From assembly GCA_907165135.1 (NCBI GenBank), contig OU015568.1, positions 7,812,001 through 7,876,000 on the forward strand: DNA of 64,000 nt, written 5' to 3'. The notes beneath the pieces were generated by a model. It ran no database searches and was not told the DNA's origin. It was given only the letters and a program-made list of their open reading frames with translations. Below are positions 1 through 13,183 of this stretch, one piece after another. This DNA comes from Oikopleura dioica (lineage: Eukaryota > Animalia > Chordata). Position numbers and translations under genes: made by a program. Within the stretch, counting starts at the first letter, position 1. Each line of letters opens with the position of its first letter.

Positions 1-47
1 TTTAATAAATGCGTTTACCGTGCAAAATGTTAAATAATTATACTTAG

Positions 48-1278
48 ACTTTTGCTATCTCTCGTCACGTTATAATACAAGATTATAACTGATATACTTT
101 TTGCTAGCAATACCTGATCAATTCCGGCGTCATTGACCGTCTATTGGACCTGTCCCGCATCGCTGAAGAATTCCACAAGCGGGCCTTTGAAATCCTCGCG
201 TCTCTCTCCACCGTTATTGAATTCCGCTGGGATCTTCTCAAACCTAAGCTCATCTTCGAGTCCATCCTCACTCTTGCAAGCTCCGATGTTGAACAAAAAA
301 GTTTCGCTTACAAAATTCTTCACAATGTTTCTTCCTCTTCACAGGAAAAGATGATTCTTCCAAACTCGTTCCTTGCATATCCAACAGAAGAAGCTTTGCC
401 GACGAATGCGTCGATTGTTTTTGTCCACGGACTGATGGGAAAAGCTCACAGGTATGTCCATTTCATTCCAAATAGAAGTCAAAATATTTAAAGAACTTGG
501 CGCTGCAACGATAAAATCATCGGCGATCCAGTTCACTCCTACTGCTGGCCGGTCGAATGGCTCCCCAAAACACTTGCTCGCCGTGGAATCGTTCCAAAAA
601 TCATTCTTATGTCTTATCCTACCTCATTGACGACTTACAACAAGACTTGCCTCCACATGGATGAAATAATGGATGAAAAGTCAGAAAAACTTCTTGAGAA
701 CTTGAAATCGCTTCGTGAAAACAATGAACCTTTGTTTATCGTCGGCCATTCGATGGGTGGTCTCCTACTGAAGAAAATAATGCTAAAGGGTGAGAGCCAA
801 AACTGTGAAAATGAGGAGCTATTGATTGCTTTTTATAGCTCATGAAAATAACGAAACAGATCTCCTGAAGAACATCAAGGGCGTGTGCTTCTATTCAACG
901 CCGCACTTCGGCAGTTCGTTGGCGAAGCTTTCGGTGAAAGCTCCAGTGGCCAACTCGATCGTTTCATCAGAAGTGCGCGAGCTGAGTTCCGCTTCTGAGC
1001 AGCTCAAAGAGCTCAATGATCAATTCCTATCAGTTGCAAGAAACACGTCTATTCCAATTCATTCCTTCATCGAATCAGTTCCTATCAAAGTGGTCGGCTT
1101 TAATCATTTGGTAGTCTCGAAAGAATCTGCCGATCTTGGCCTGGGAGGATCTACACTTGTAAATGAGAACCACATCAATGTCAACAAACCCTCTTCAAAA
1201 AGTGACATTCTCTACTCGCAACTCGTGAATTTCATCGTCGATAATTTACACAACTCTACTGATTCTGTTAAAAAATAA
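48..1278 (+). CDS. SERAC1: SERAC1-like alpha/beta-hydrolase (5' end outside window, multi-exon)
   Basis: VFVHGLMG, WPVEWLP, nucleophile motif GHSMGG and FYSTPHFGS, preceded by a helical region; short GT-AG introns; stop TAA at 1276-1278. Confidence 0.85.
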
Positions 1279-1390
1279 TTCCATTTTTGCAATTAAAAAA
1301 ATATATTAAAAATAGAAAAAATCAAAACTGTTCTTTTTTTGTCCGAAGATATTTCTATATTCCTAGTTTCGATAAAGTTTTTGTTCAAGA

Positions 1391-2422
1391 ATGACAGAAG
1401 AAAGGGAAAGAAAAGCTCCAATGGAGTACATCCAGGCCGATAAAGTCTCGTTCGGCATGTTCCTGCTCCGAGTTTTTACAATCTTTGCGGGCATCATGGC
1501 TATCGTCAACCCATATAGGTGCTGATTGTAAATCATTCCTTCCATCTAACACCTAAGTTTTAGTTCGTACTTCAGAAAGGTTTTATTGGCTTCAGCAGCC
1601 GCAAATGCCCTTCGCCTCCATCAGCGAGTTCCCCATTTGACGCTTAGGTAAGACCAATTTTGGATCTAAATTGTTTTATATTTTCGAAGAAAAACTCAAT
1701 AAAATAATTGAATTAAATCCATTGCACGTTATATTTAACGCTCGGTTTTATGATCAAATTACCCCTCTCTAACCAGTTATTCTAGCGCACAAACACTACA
1801 AAATATACTGGCGGAAGATTCAGGACATTATCTTGCTTTTTCGATCATGTTCTTGGGCGTCAAAAATCCGTAAGTTCGGACGCTTCCTTCCAAATATTTA
1901 TTAAAATAGAATGATGATCATTATTCTTCCACTGATGGCATTTGCTGTTATGCATTCATGCGCTTATTTCACGAAACTCTCGACCGAAACGACTCTACCT
2001 CAAATTGGCCTACTCACGAAAGCAATTACGTACATCCGCTCTAAAAATCAAGTTCTTCTCCAGGTAAACCGCGCTAAATAATTCTTCCTTCATCGTTCTA
2101 GTTTATCGCTATGAACGAAATCTTCATGATGCCGATTACCGTCTACCTCGCATTTACTGGCAACGGAATCTTTCTTCCTATCATGTATTATCGTTTCTTG
2201 CTCATGAGATATTGCTCTGAAAGAAATCCATACAAGTAAGCCCTATTTATATAATGGCAGAATAATAATTTGCCAAGTCGTATGTGTTTCAACCAACTGA
2301 ATATGGCTGCGATGCAGTTCGCCGCTGGAGGAAGCTGTCCTGGTTTCGCTCGAAATCTGATCTACAAAGCAAGTGCCATGATCAACCGAATGGCCCCGAT
2401 GCCAGCTGCTGCGTCTCAATAA
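1391..2422 (+). CDS. TMEM33: Transmembrane protein 33 (Pom33/Krueppel homolog 2 family)
   Basis: Not in the ORF track because exons are short. Spliced reading gives MTEERERKAPMEYIQADK..., KVLLASAAANALRLHQRVPHL, EDSGHYL, FIAMNEIFMMP, IMYYRFLLMRYCSERNPY and C-terminal ...MINRMAPMPAAASQ*. Confidence 0.9.
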
Positions 2423-2661
2423 GAGCCGCTGAAAACTGTACTCCTTTGATGTTAGATATTTCAATTTAGACTAAAATATAATTGATAATTGTTACACCGC
2501 ACCCAGAAGAAAATAACTATCGCAATTCTTCTTCACAAAGAACTTAGCATGTGAAAGCCCCCCATCTTTATGTTTACCTTCTTTTTACTCAAGTAGTTTA
2601 TCTGCAATTTACAATTTTGACTGTCAAGCTAGTGAGTGTCGCTAATCTTTGTTTTCTTCAG

Positions 2662-3210
2662 ATGAAAGGTGGAGCAAGGCGATGGTTAGCAAGTACCGGC
2701 ATAGGAAGTAGACTTGTTCACCCTCGAGTTGCACCATTGTATCTGGCGATGCGCTCGAAGTCGAAAATTCTTCAGACGGCTGATTTCTCCAAGTTCCGCG
2801 ACATCGTTCTTTTGGAGTACAACTGCAGCAAATGTGGATCCTCTAACTTCGAAATGCTCCTGCAATCAATGTACATCCAAAATTTGGTGATAACGAAGTG
2901 CAGCAATTGCGCCACGAAGTTTTGCCTTGGAGATCAACTAGAATGGTTCCGAGAAATCGCCGTGAAAAACCCTCAATTGATTCAAGTTCTGATCAAAAAC
3001 GGCGACTTGATTCAAGGATCAGTAACTCTTGATTTCGAATCGAAGCTGAATGAAAGCGCAGAAAATAGAAAAATTCTCGAGCAAGCTGATGCGACCGACT
3101 ACATCGGTTTCGATTTCCAGGAACAAAACAAGACAAACAAAGCTTCAGTGAATCTTTTGCGTCTATTCGACCAACCGGAACTTATTACCACCCCAGAACC
3201 TGAAGAATAA
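2662..3210 (+). CDS. DNLZ: DNL-type zinc finger protein (Zim17/Hep1, mtHsp70 escort)
   Basis: YNCSKCG...VITKCSNCATKFCLGDQLEWF matches zf-DNL; basic presequence-like N-terminus; ATG at 2662 directly after the TTTCTTCAG acceptor. Confidence 0.8.
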   Translation: MKGGARRWLASTGIGSRLVHPRVAPLYLAMRSKSKILQTADFSKFRDIVLLEYNCSKCGSSNFEMLLQSMYIQNLVITKCSNCATKFCLGDQLEWFREIAVKNPQLIQVLIKNGDLIQGSVTLDFESKLNESAENRKILEQADATDYIGFDFQEQNKTNKASVNLLRLFDQPELITTPEPEE

Positions 3211-3273
3211 CTGTTTTTACCTTTTTACAAAAATATATTTATTTTTTCAAGATTCCTACTGTTCGACTTTTAG

Positions 3274-5958
3274 ATGGGCCGTGATGATAGACGAAGCGAC
3301 AAAGACTATCGAAAACGCGCTCGTAGTCGTTCTCCGGAAAGACGTCCGACCGAGCGAAGTCGGAAGAGGGAAAAAGAGATCTTCAAAATCCCAGAAAAGT
3401 TGAGCTCGGAAGACAAAATCAAGTACATTCTCAAGGGAGGATCAGAAGTTCCTGTCAATCCAGCGCTTTTGGAAGAAAACGAAGTCAAACTATCAACAGT
3501 AAGAAACTCTTGCCAATTTCTTGGAAAGCTACTAAAAATTTAGAATGCGACACCCCTCTCATTAGAAGAAATCATCGAAGCTAAAAAGGCAAAAGAAGAT
3601 GAGCTTTCAAAACCAAAATTCATCTCAAAAGCAGAGAAAGCAAAAATAGCGCTTGCAAAGAGGCAAAAAGAAGCTGATGAGGCTAGAAAACGAGCTGACG
3701 AGCAAAGAGCCAAACAAAAGGAAATCTTCCAGCAAGGCAGAATCCAAAATGATCCAGAATTTGAGCGGAGACAAAGGTAAAACTTGCATTCGCGTGACGA
3801 AATTATGAAAAATACATAAGGAGAAAAGAACTAGACGCAAGAAGAAGTGAGCGAGAAGATAGAAGGTCACAAAAAGATTCGGAAAAAGAGCAAACTGCGA
3901 TCAAAGACCGATATCTTGGAGCCGCTAAGAAAAAGAAGAAAGTAAGAAAGCAAAATGAACGAAAGTTCGTCTTTGATTGGGACGCAGGTGAAGAAAATAT
4001 ATCATAATTTTCTCTCTAACTTTTTCAAATTTCAAAGGCGACGATACATCAAACGACTACAATCCTCTCTATCGAGAGCGTCATCAAGTACAGCTCTTTG
4101 GCCGTGGCTACATCGCTGGAATCGACATCAAGTCCCAACGAAGTGAAACCGGCGCATTCTACTCAAAGCTTCTCGACGAAAAGTGGTCAGAAGATCAGTC
4201 TAGCAGGAACAAGGAGCTGCAAGATATGCGAAAGAAGAAAGAAGAGCAAAAGGCATTCGACGAGCGTCACTGGCGAAAGAAGCCGCTAGAAATGATGAGA
4301 GATCGAGATTGGCGTATTTTGCGAGAAGATTTCTCCATCGCTACCAAGGTTACCTCATTTTCTCCTTACCGTTGCTATATTTTCTCTAGGGTGGAAATAT
4401 TCCGAAGCCGATGCGATACTGGAAAGAATCCATCATTCCAGAAAACATCCTCAAAATCATTTCCGATGTCGGATACAAAGATCCAACTCCTATTCAACGA
4501 CAAGCCATTCCCATCGGTATGCAGAATCGAGACATTATCGGTGTTGCTGAAACTGGTTCCGGTAAAACTCTTGCGTTTTTGGTCCCTCTCCTGGTTTGGA
4601 TCGACTCGTTGCCCAGAAATATCCGTGTTGAGGATGCAGATAAGGGTCCCTATGCAATTATTCTAGCACCAACAAGAGAATTAGCAACGCAGATTGAAGA
4701 GGAAGTCAGTAAGTAATCAACAATGATTATCAGTTGTTCAGTTCGACAATTTTAGTAAAATTCGGTGGCCCTCTCGGAATCAGATCAGTTGCCGTTATTG
4801 GTGGTGCTTCTCGAGAAGAGCAGGGTCTGAAGCTTCGCATGGGTTGTGAAATTGTCATCGCCACGCCTGGTCGTTTGATCGATGTTATCGAGAACCGATA
4901 TCTTGTGCTGTCACAGTGTACTTATATCGTTTTGGACGAGGCTGATCGTATGATTGACATGGGTTTTGAACCGGAAGTCCAGAAGATTCTTAGCCACATG
5001 CCAGTAACTAACGAAAAGCAGGACAACGAGGCGCTTGAGGATGAGGAAGCAATGAAGAAGAACTTCTTCGACAGAAACAAGGTTATTTTTGAAGATTTGC
5101 GTTCACAATTTCTCAAACTCCTTTTTTCAGTTCCGTCAAACGGTCATGTTCACGGCAACAATGCCTCCGCCCGTCGAGCGCATCGCAAAGACCTTCATGC
5201 GTCGACCTTGCACAGTCTATATCGGCTCAGTCGGCAAAGCGGCTGATCGCGTCGTTCAGAAGGCTTACTTCGTTCCTGATGGACAGAAGGCGAAGAAGAT
5301 GATCTCGATTTTGGAAGAGGAGAATTGCCTCGATCAAGGTCCGATCATCGTGTTCGTCAATCAGAAGAAGGGTTGCGACGTGCTTGCAAGACAACTGGAA
5401 AAGTATGGATACGATGCTATTTCGCTCCACGGTGGAAAAGGTTTGCTCTTTTTTTCTCATAAATCGTCTTTTTACTCTATTTTTAGGTCAGGATCAACGA
5501 GACTACGCCCTTGCTTGCATCAAAAATGGAGAAAAGAACGTGCTTGTCGCCACTGACGTTGCTGGTCGTGGTATTGATATTAAAGATGTCTCGCTTGTCC
5601 TCAATTATGATATGGCCAAAAATATCGAAGATTATACCCATCGTATCGGTCGAACAGGTAATCTATCAGTGATAGACTATAACATTCTCGTATGTTCATC
5701 TATGACAGTTTTAATTGATTATTATCTTTATGACGCGCGATAAAAAATATCATTTCAGGTCGTGCAGGTAAATCTGGTAAAGCAGTCACGTTCCTCACGC
5801 AGGACGACGCTCACAACTTCTACGATCTCCGGCAGATGCTGATCGAAAGTGCCTGTAGCTCTTGCCCACCCGAACTTGACAGACATCCCGAAGCGCAACA
5901 AAAGCCCGGCACGATTATACAGAAAAAGCGTAAAGATGAAACTGTTTTTGTTAAGTAA
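3274..5958 (+). CDS. DDX23: DEAD-box RNA helicase DDX23/Prp28 (U5 snRNP)
   Basis: RS/RD-rich N-terminus, [15 protein letters not shown] motif, [43 protein letters not shown]; C-terminus [12 protein letters not shown]. Confidence 0.97.
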
Positions 5959-6116
5959 AAGCGACTTTCAAGCACTAGTAGAAAAATATTTTTGAATTTA
6001 ATTCGACTTGTCAACTGCCCTCTCTCTCTATCTTCTTGGCGTTAAAATTAAATCTATTCACAAGTTCAAATGATCGAGAGTTCGAACTATTAGGGTGGAA
6101 ACAAGCGCTTTTCAGA

Positions 6117-6751
6117 ATGTTTGGGTGTATCCTTGCGGGTCAGCCAGTTCAGACAGAATTCGAGCGGGTCTCCGAGACCGACTTCGTTCTCAGATTGAAT
6201 CAGCTCGAGCCCAGCTTTTTGACAGTCTTCCTCACAGGGCAAGAGCTTCTGCCAGAAAACGCAGCGGTCTGTATCTACATTTCTATCCCAACAGACGGGG
6301 AAGATCACTGGCACTTTCTCGGATTCATTTCGAACGAGAAGCAGAGCGGGACCTTCAAAATTTCAAATCTAAAGCGGATAGCTAGTAGTGGAGCCGGAGG
6401 AAATCAATTCGGGAATTTCCGCGGGCCCCAAGTTGGGCTTTCGTTGAAGCCTCTCACGGAGGTCAGCGGGTTCACGCCAGGTATGCTTTGCTTGTTCACC
6501 CTACCAGGCCTTGTTTGAACCCTGGCGAGGTCAAAAACAAAACAAAGAGCCTTCTCTTGCTTATTTAAACACGCTCCCTAGCTGTCTCGACAGATACTTC
6601 CACCCTCGTCACACGCATCGCAGAGAGCATTTACAATTATTGCACGAGCTTTGTTACCGGAGACGGCGGATCGGTTCCACTGGCGACTATTGAGGCATGG
6701 TTTCGTAACACTCAGCAGCGGCTTGAAAGAAATCCAAATCACTTTAGATGA
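6117..6751 (+). CDS. HIKESHI: Hikeshi/OPI10 family Hsp70 nuclear import carrier
   Basis: MFGCILAGQPVQT..., WHFLGFISNEKQSGTFKIS, C-terminal WFRNTQQRLERNPNHFR*; ATG after a TTTCAG acceptor. Confidence 0.9.
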
Positions 6752-7060
6752 ATGGCCAGAAAATATTTTCAAATAAGTTCATGGCTGAAAATTGCCTTCA
6801 AATCTGCATATAAATTTTTATTTTTTTAATCGATTCCAAAGATTTGCTTCCTTCATTTCATTCACTTTTATTATCAAAATCAGCCATTTCAAGAGATCAG
6901 ATCAAAAATTAGACGATTTTTTGAAAGACAAAAAGAGAGCACGTGATACATGAAAGGGCCTGATGAGCTGCTTTAATTTTTGTTCTGCTGCAAAAATCGA
7001 TCTCTTTTAGAATGCGATAAGAGATAAATTAAATTGGACTTGAATAATTGAATTGCGATC

Positions 7061-7884
7061 ATGGGCATCACAAGTTCACGATATGTCGATGCGTGGCGGC
7101 TTGGCCTAGTCGGCATTGGATCAATTGGAGCTTTGAGCTATATACAGGAATGGAATCGAATGCAGAGAACGAAAAGCTATAGAATCGCAGAAATATTCAT
7201 CAGGTACTCATGGAGATAGTCTCAGGGAGTATATCTCCGTGGGAAGAATTAAAAACTTAATTAGTAAATTAAGTTTAATTAAAATTCATAAATATGTTAA
7301 GCCGACAAAATACCGAAAATACCACCATCAAAGAATACTCGCCCTCATTCCAGCGGATCAAAGCGCTCTACTGGAACATCTTAGCCCTTGATGGGGTCAA
7401 TCCTATGAACCTGAAACCGCACGACGCTTGGTTTTGGGGTTATGCTTTCTTGGGAGCAGTCTTTGCCAGCTTCTTTGTGCGACAAAAGATTGGATTCAAA
7501 TTGCTTGACAATAGGCTCAAATCTTCTTTATGTACGGATTCGATATTAATTGTTATCTGATGAGGATAGATTACACTATAAGTTTATATAAACATCAATT
7601 TCATTTGATACTTCATGACAGTTTCATATCGAAAAACCAGTGGGAAGGAAAGTCTCTCTTACATCATCGATGTTCAGCAGATTGATAATCCCGAAACGCG
7701 CAGAACTTAGCCGGTGGAGCATGGTATGTAGGTGATGAAAATTTTGAATCTGACGGGACTTTAGATGAAACGAAATAAAGACGCAGTGCTAGCATCACTT
7801 TGCCTGGTTCTTGGAATTACTACAAATTTATGTAAGTTTATTTCAGGCCACAACTTCTTTTCCAAGTGCACGTACCTCGTGTAA
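7061..7884 (+). CDS. Uncharacterised multi-exon membrane protein (tentative model)
   Basis: ATG 7061 opens MGITSSRYVDAWRLGLVGIGSIGALSYIQEW; a phase-compatible GT-AG intron leads to ...HDAWFWGYAFLGAVFASFFVRQ; downstream exons could not be resolved uniquely. Confidence 0.35.
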
Positions 7885-8062
7885 TATAAAATATATTAAT
7901 ATCTATAAAAACGATAATATATGAAAATAAATTGATTTATCCGATGAATCGGATCACCGGTTTTCTGAGAAAGTCTTCAAGGTTAATCTGGAATCTTATA
8001 TCATAGTAGAGGATTCAATAAAAATTAATTGGAAGGCTTAAATAAGCATCATTTTTATTGTA

Positions 8063-8578
8063 GCAACCAACCAGTAAAGGACTATATAAATCTGGAAAGA
8101 AAGACTTATCCCAAACTGTTCAGTGGATTACCTGAAAACCGATTCTGACACATACAAATACCTAAAAGCAGCTTTCCCTGAATATGATGATTCGACGATT
8201 GAATCGCTCCAGCAAGACCAAGAAACATCCTGCCGTTTGCTGGCGCTTATCATCAACCAAAACCTCCACCACTTCGATCGAAACAAGCTCGAGTTCGTGG
8301 CCGAGTACGTTGAGCGGATTACCCAGCGCCCTGCGTTTTGGGATGACGCTAATACTTGGATACAGTTCTCCCCTGTCCTTACGCTACAATACCTTCTGGA
8401 TGAACTGGATTCGCTTGAGCTCGGTGTCTGCTTCAAAAAGTACAATTATGCGCTCGAATACTTGAGTGCAGCCATTACGGGTCGCTCTTGTCCGGAGAGA
8501 GTCTTTGACGTCCGCGAAATTACCAGAAAGGCGCCATGCTGTGCGTATCACTCATTACTCAGGCAGGGGTTACCATGA
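8063..8578 (+). CDS. Uncharacterised helical protein exon, possibly decayed
   Basis: About 170 open codons after the TTGTAG acceptor with protein-like composition; no family recognised; flanking frames do not join cleanly. Confidence 0.35.
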
Positions 8579-8942
8579 AATATCTCGAACTTGATCCTTG
8601 AAATCAACAACGATTGACCTCGTTTTCAATAAAATCTTTAACCCTATCAAAGCGACCTATTTATTACTGTTGGAACTAAAGGACCAGAATTCATGAAATT
8701 CTACCATTATTGGACAGACGTAGACCTTGAATATCGATTTTCGTTAACGCTGAAGAATGCCGAAGAACGACAGAAGCCTGATTGTGCCTTTTGAATCCAC
8801 CTCTTTGGATGGTTTCGATTAGTTTGTGTTCTGCTTTATTTATTTTAACATATATGATATATCTACCGATGCGTAGGGATATGCATATTGCATATATTAT
8901 ACCGTGTGCCACGTATTGATTGTTTCGTTTTCTATGATTTAA

Positions 8943-9689
8943 GGGTAATGGTATACATCGGCGCGGCGCCGCTCGCTCGATCCGCGCTCCGCAAGAACCT
9001 ATTTCTCACGAGGCCGTAAAATCTGAAGGATCGAGATTTTTTCGAGATTTAAACAGATTTGGAATCCTCACAGTCTCTTCTATAAACTGATTGAAAATTA
9101 AAACAATTTTCAAAGAGAAACAATGTGAAAAGTGCCAGTTTCCTTCAAATGACATTTTCTCCATAATTTGTCATCCAAATTTTTTGAAAATTAGACTGTC
9201 TTGTAGAGAATCGTCAGCTCTACTATTCCTGTGTTTCAGATTTTTGTTTTAAGCTTTCATTAATTTTACATCGCAATTTGTAAAGAGCGCAGCGGGAGCG
9301 CGCCGCGAGAAATAGGAAGCGGAGAGGCGCGGGCGAGAATAACTCTCTTTTCAAAAGAGCGCACATAATTTTTGAAAGCCCAAATGAAAATCTGAAACAC
9401 AGGAATTGTAGAGCTGACGATTCTCTACAAGACAGTCTAATTTTCAAAAAATTTGGATGACAAATTATGGAGAAAATGTCATTTGAAGGAAACTGGCACT
9501 TTTCACATTGTTTCTCTTTGAAAATTGTTTTAATTTTCAATCAGTTTATAGAAGAGACTGTGAGGATTCCAAATCTGTTTAAATCTCGAAAAAATCTCGA
9601 TCCGTTCAGATTTTACGGCCTCGTGAGAAATAGGTTCTTGCGAAGCGCGGATCGAGCGAGCGGCGCCGCGCCGATGTATACCATTACCC
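8943..9689. mobile_element. Palindromic MITE, about 300-bp inverted arms, TTAA-flanked
   Basis: 8943-9244 is the near-perfect reverse complement of 9387-9689; termini GGGTAATGG...CCATTACCC; TTAA at 8939-8942 and 9690-9693; no transposase ORF. Confidence 0.92.
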
Positions 9690-9877
9690 TTAAGATGTAT
9701 CCTAACCTTCGCTGCCAAAAGTCTTCAACAACTAGTTTCAAGACTAGTTCTAGTAGAAAATTCATAGATTCAATATTTCTCCTTTCCTTTACCAACTTTT
9801 TCCTGAAAGCTTTATTTCACAGAATAAACCTCATCATGGTCCCTGAGTTTTTGATTTCACAAGAATTTTAACATAGC

Positions 9878-12800
9878 ATGAGTGCTTCGGAAATCGGAAA
9901 AGTTCTCCATACACTTGAGTCACTCAGCCTTGGTCTCACCGCAAATGCCTTAAAACAAGAAGCTAGCCAAAAAGGAATCACGATTCCGTTTGTTACTCCA
10001 CAGGTCATCGCCGACCTAAAACAAAACTTTCTCAACGGCGATGAACAAAATTTCCTTGTTATTTGGAATGAAGCTGGAATCGTGGATCACGACTTGTCAT
10101 TCTTCTTGTCCATATATTTTGCCTTCTTTCCAGTCTTCGAACAAGTTCAAGCCAATACTGCCAAAGAGGACGATGTAAAATCTTGTCAAAAGGAGTTCGT
10201 CAAGAAAATCATGGACATTGATGATGAGCGAATGCCAGAAAGCGAAGAGGCACAGCTCTACTTCGCCCTGGGGCAAGTGCCAAAGCCACACTTGCGGCGA
10301 CAATTCGCACACATCTTTCAAGTCAACTGGAGCACAGATTTACTGTCTAAATGCATCGCGAAAATGAAGACTCTTTTACCATCGACGACGTCAAATGACA
10401 CGCGAAAATTGGAGCGTCTGAAGAACGAATACGACCGACTCAGCTACAGCTCCAGTCAGCAGCAAACGTAATATTCTGTTTATAAATAATTTGTAACGTT
10501 TTGCTTTTAGCGAAATAAGAAGACTGGAGCGTGACTACGCTCAAGTTCTCCAGCTTAGCCTGGAATTGATGGATTTAGTCAAGGGAGGGGCGGATTCTAT
10601 CTGATATAAGGTCTATTAAGCGGTATTTCCGAAATGTTACTTGTCGGTATTGTAACGTGCCCGCAACAACAGTACTATTTTCTTAATCACAGAGCGTAAA
10701 AATCATCCCAGTTTACCCCGGTAAAAGTCAGCACTGCGCGGCGAGCCGACTCAACTGAGCCCCGATCTGCTGCGCCGGTTCAGCGACCAACTGTCTTCCC
10801 GCCCCGCAACTGCTCAGCCACGGGCTAATTCTGCCCGTCCATCTAGTGCATTACTCTCTGGATATGCTCCAAGTCCCGATCCAATCTTCAAGCAGCCTTA
10901 TCCCGTCGCTCCACCAGCGCAGTCAAAGTCAGGCTTAACCTACGATTACGATGCAATCAAGAAAGAGTGTCTTCAAAATGGCCGCCTCTATCAGAACCTG
11001 AGAGTCAAGCTGACTCAGTTTTGTAATACCTACGAGGTAATACGTATGAACATTTCACACATAAAACGTTTCAATAGGAGCGACAGAACTTCTTCAAAGA
11101 ATACATCCTTGCCGATGTGTTAGGCTGCACCAACTCTTCAGGTGACTTTCACAAGCGTGTCCTTCGATCCCTCGCCCCTCCAACACCTCTTGCAATTCGT
11201 CAATCTGTCCAGCGCTTCGTTAATACGTTAGCAAGTGTATTCATCGGTCGCAAATATCTATCACTTTCGACCGAACTTGTCCCTACACTGATTAACGCTT
11301 TGATCCTCGAAGATGATCCTGTTTCCAGGCCGCATTTACTAGGTAAAAATCTTTCCGCTTTCAGATATATGTATCATCTTTTTTGCTTCTGGCCGTGAGT
11401 ATTATTCAATCGATTAGGGGCGCTTCAAAAACTGTCGCTTCGACGCGTTCTGTCATCGCAGATGGTTCGCAGTAATAAAGTCATGCCTTGGCTGGTCGAG
11501 AATTTGGCGGATCCAGGATTGTGGCTCACTTTATTCTTTCTTAATATATACGTATCGGGATATTTTAATTGCACTAAATTGGAACTCCAGACAAGGAAAT
11601 TCCAGATTTCCAGTCACCAAATTTCGTGACATGACGTTTTACAAAAAATGAGCCTAGTCAGACTCAATGTCCGAATACCTTCTTGAATACTCCGTCGCTC
11701 TCCTTCACAATCTATGTTTGCGCTCAGCTGGTCGCTGGTCCCTAGCTGGAGACGCTGAGAACGTCTTGCGCGTTTTGTCCGACCTTCTCAGTCATGATAA
11801 TGAGTCGCTGAAGTCGTATCTGAATGGGACGCTTTTCTCGGTGCTCTTCATTCAAAGCTTCAAGGAAAAAGCGAATCAGATTGGATTGAAACAGATTATC
11901 GACTCGTTTATGAGAGGAGATCATGCTCATAAAACTGTAAGTTTGGATTTTTGGCATCACAAGGGCTGCTTTGACAGGTTATGAAAAGCCCATTTGTCCC
12001 TTGTCATTTTAGTGAAAATCTGTCATTGATAATTTAAGTTTATGTTTAAAATAGCAACTGGAATACATCAGGAAGCAAATCGACAAAGAGCCTGAAAGCG
12101 CGGATCAAGACTCCGACGATGAAGAAGGTGACGACGATGACGAAGAAGATGGCGACTCCCTCGAGGCCGATTTGGACGTAGAAGATGTTTTTCCAAGTCA
12201 GAATATCGACGTGTTGCAAACTTATCTTATCGCGAATCGAGCGAACGCGAATAATCAGCCACGCAAGGAGGAAATGTTCCGGCCAGGAACTCCCGGCGCG
12301 CGGGCCAATCGTGAACGGTATAACGACCGAGTATTGAGCTCCAGTAGCACAGAGCCGTTTAGTGACGAAATTAGGTGCAGTACATTATCCTCGTTGATTT
12401 CAGATGATGTAGAAACTAAAAATTCCTCCTTAGCGCTTTTCATTAGTTCCTAATAGAATCGATCATTCTATTGCATCACGTGACGCTGCATAACAACGCT
12501 GCTCATTTTATTTTCAGCACATTCGACATGCTGCACAACTCGACAGAGGTCGGCGAATCGGTGAACCTCGACGCCCGATCCAATACCAAATTCGTTTCTG
12601 ATTCTGCTGACCTTCGACAGATTTTCGATACTGGAGCCTCTCAATCCCAGTCTGTACATACAATCTACAATTATAAAGAAAATCTACGACCGTGCGTATA
12701 GCAATAATGCATATATTTTGTGTTGAAATAATCGTTTAGGGAAAGTGGCAGCGTGTCATCTGGCCGTGCGTCGTCGAGGCCGGCTGCTAGCCGCGATCAG

Positions 12801-13001
12801 ACCCGCTTGAAAGAGCAGGATCAGCCTCCAGATGCTAGCTATATGGCCGCCTTTGGGTAAGTCCAGCAAAATCAAAATCGAAATCAACCCTCTCTCTCAA
12901 GTGAAAGGCCGAAAATTCCACGAACGCCGGATTTAAACTCCTCTCCGAATAATTACCCCTCACGCTCCATGACTTCAAGCAAAGCATCATTCCATCAATG
13001 A
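9878..13001 (+). CDS. ARMC9: LisH domain and armadillo repeat protein ARMC9
   Basis: N-terminal LisH-like helix, YFALGQVPKP, RQSVQRFVNTLAS, LGALQKLSLRR, LEYSVALLHNLCLRS, VLSDLLSHDN, acidic DSDDEEGDDDDEE tract. Confidence 0.9.
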
Positions 13002-13183
13002 ACAACGAAAAAAATATTCCAAATATTCCAGATCACTGATTTTCTTATGCATTTTTATTTTTTTACACTTTTTAATCTCCTTTTTATACATGTTCCCCGA
13101 ACAAGCAAAACCGAATACTAACAGCTTAAAATCTCGAAATCGATTTGTTTTCAATTTCATTCTCAGAGGGTCGCTTCTTGCTA

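Noticed and set aside
1363-1545. Minus-strand 60-aa ORF that looks hydrophobic
   Set aside because: Antisense shadow of TMEM33 exon 1.
2551-2661. N-terminal extension of the DNLZ ORF
   Set aside because: Starts at GTG and runs through a pyrimidine tract ending in an AG acceptor before ATG 2662; non-coding.
9223-9871. ORFs of 60-134 aa on both strands
   Set aside because: They lie inside the palindromic MITE and have no recognisable motifs.
12518-12690. Coding-like segment in the long ARMC9 intron, considered as a nested gene
   Set aside because: Has phase-2 compatible acceptor and donor; best explained as an ordinary or cassette ARMC9 exon.
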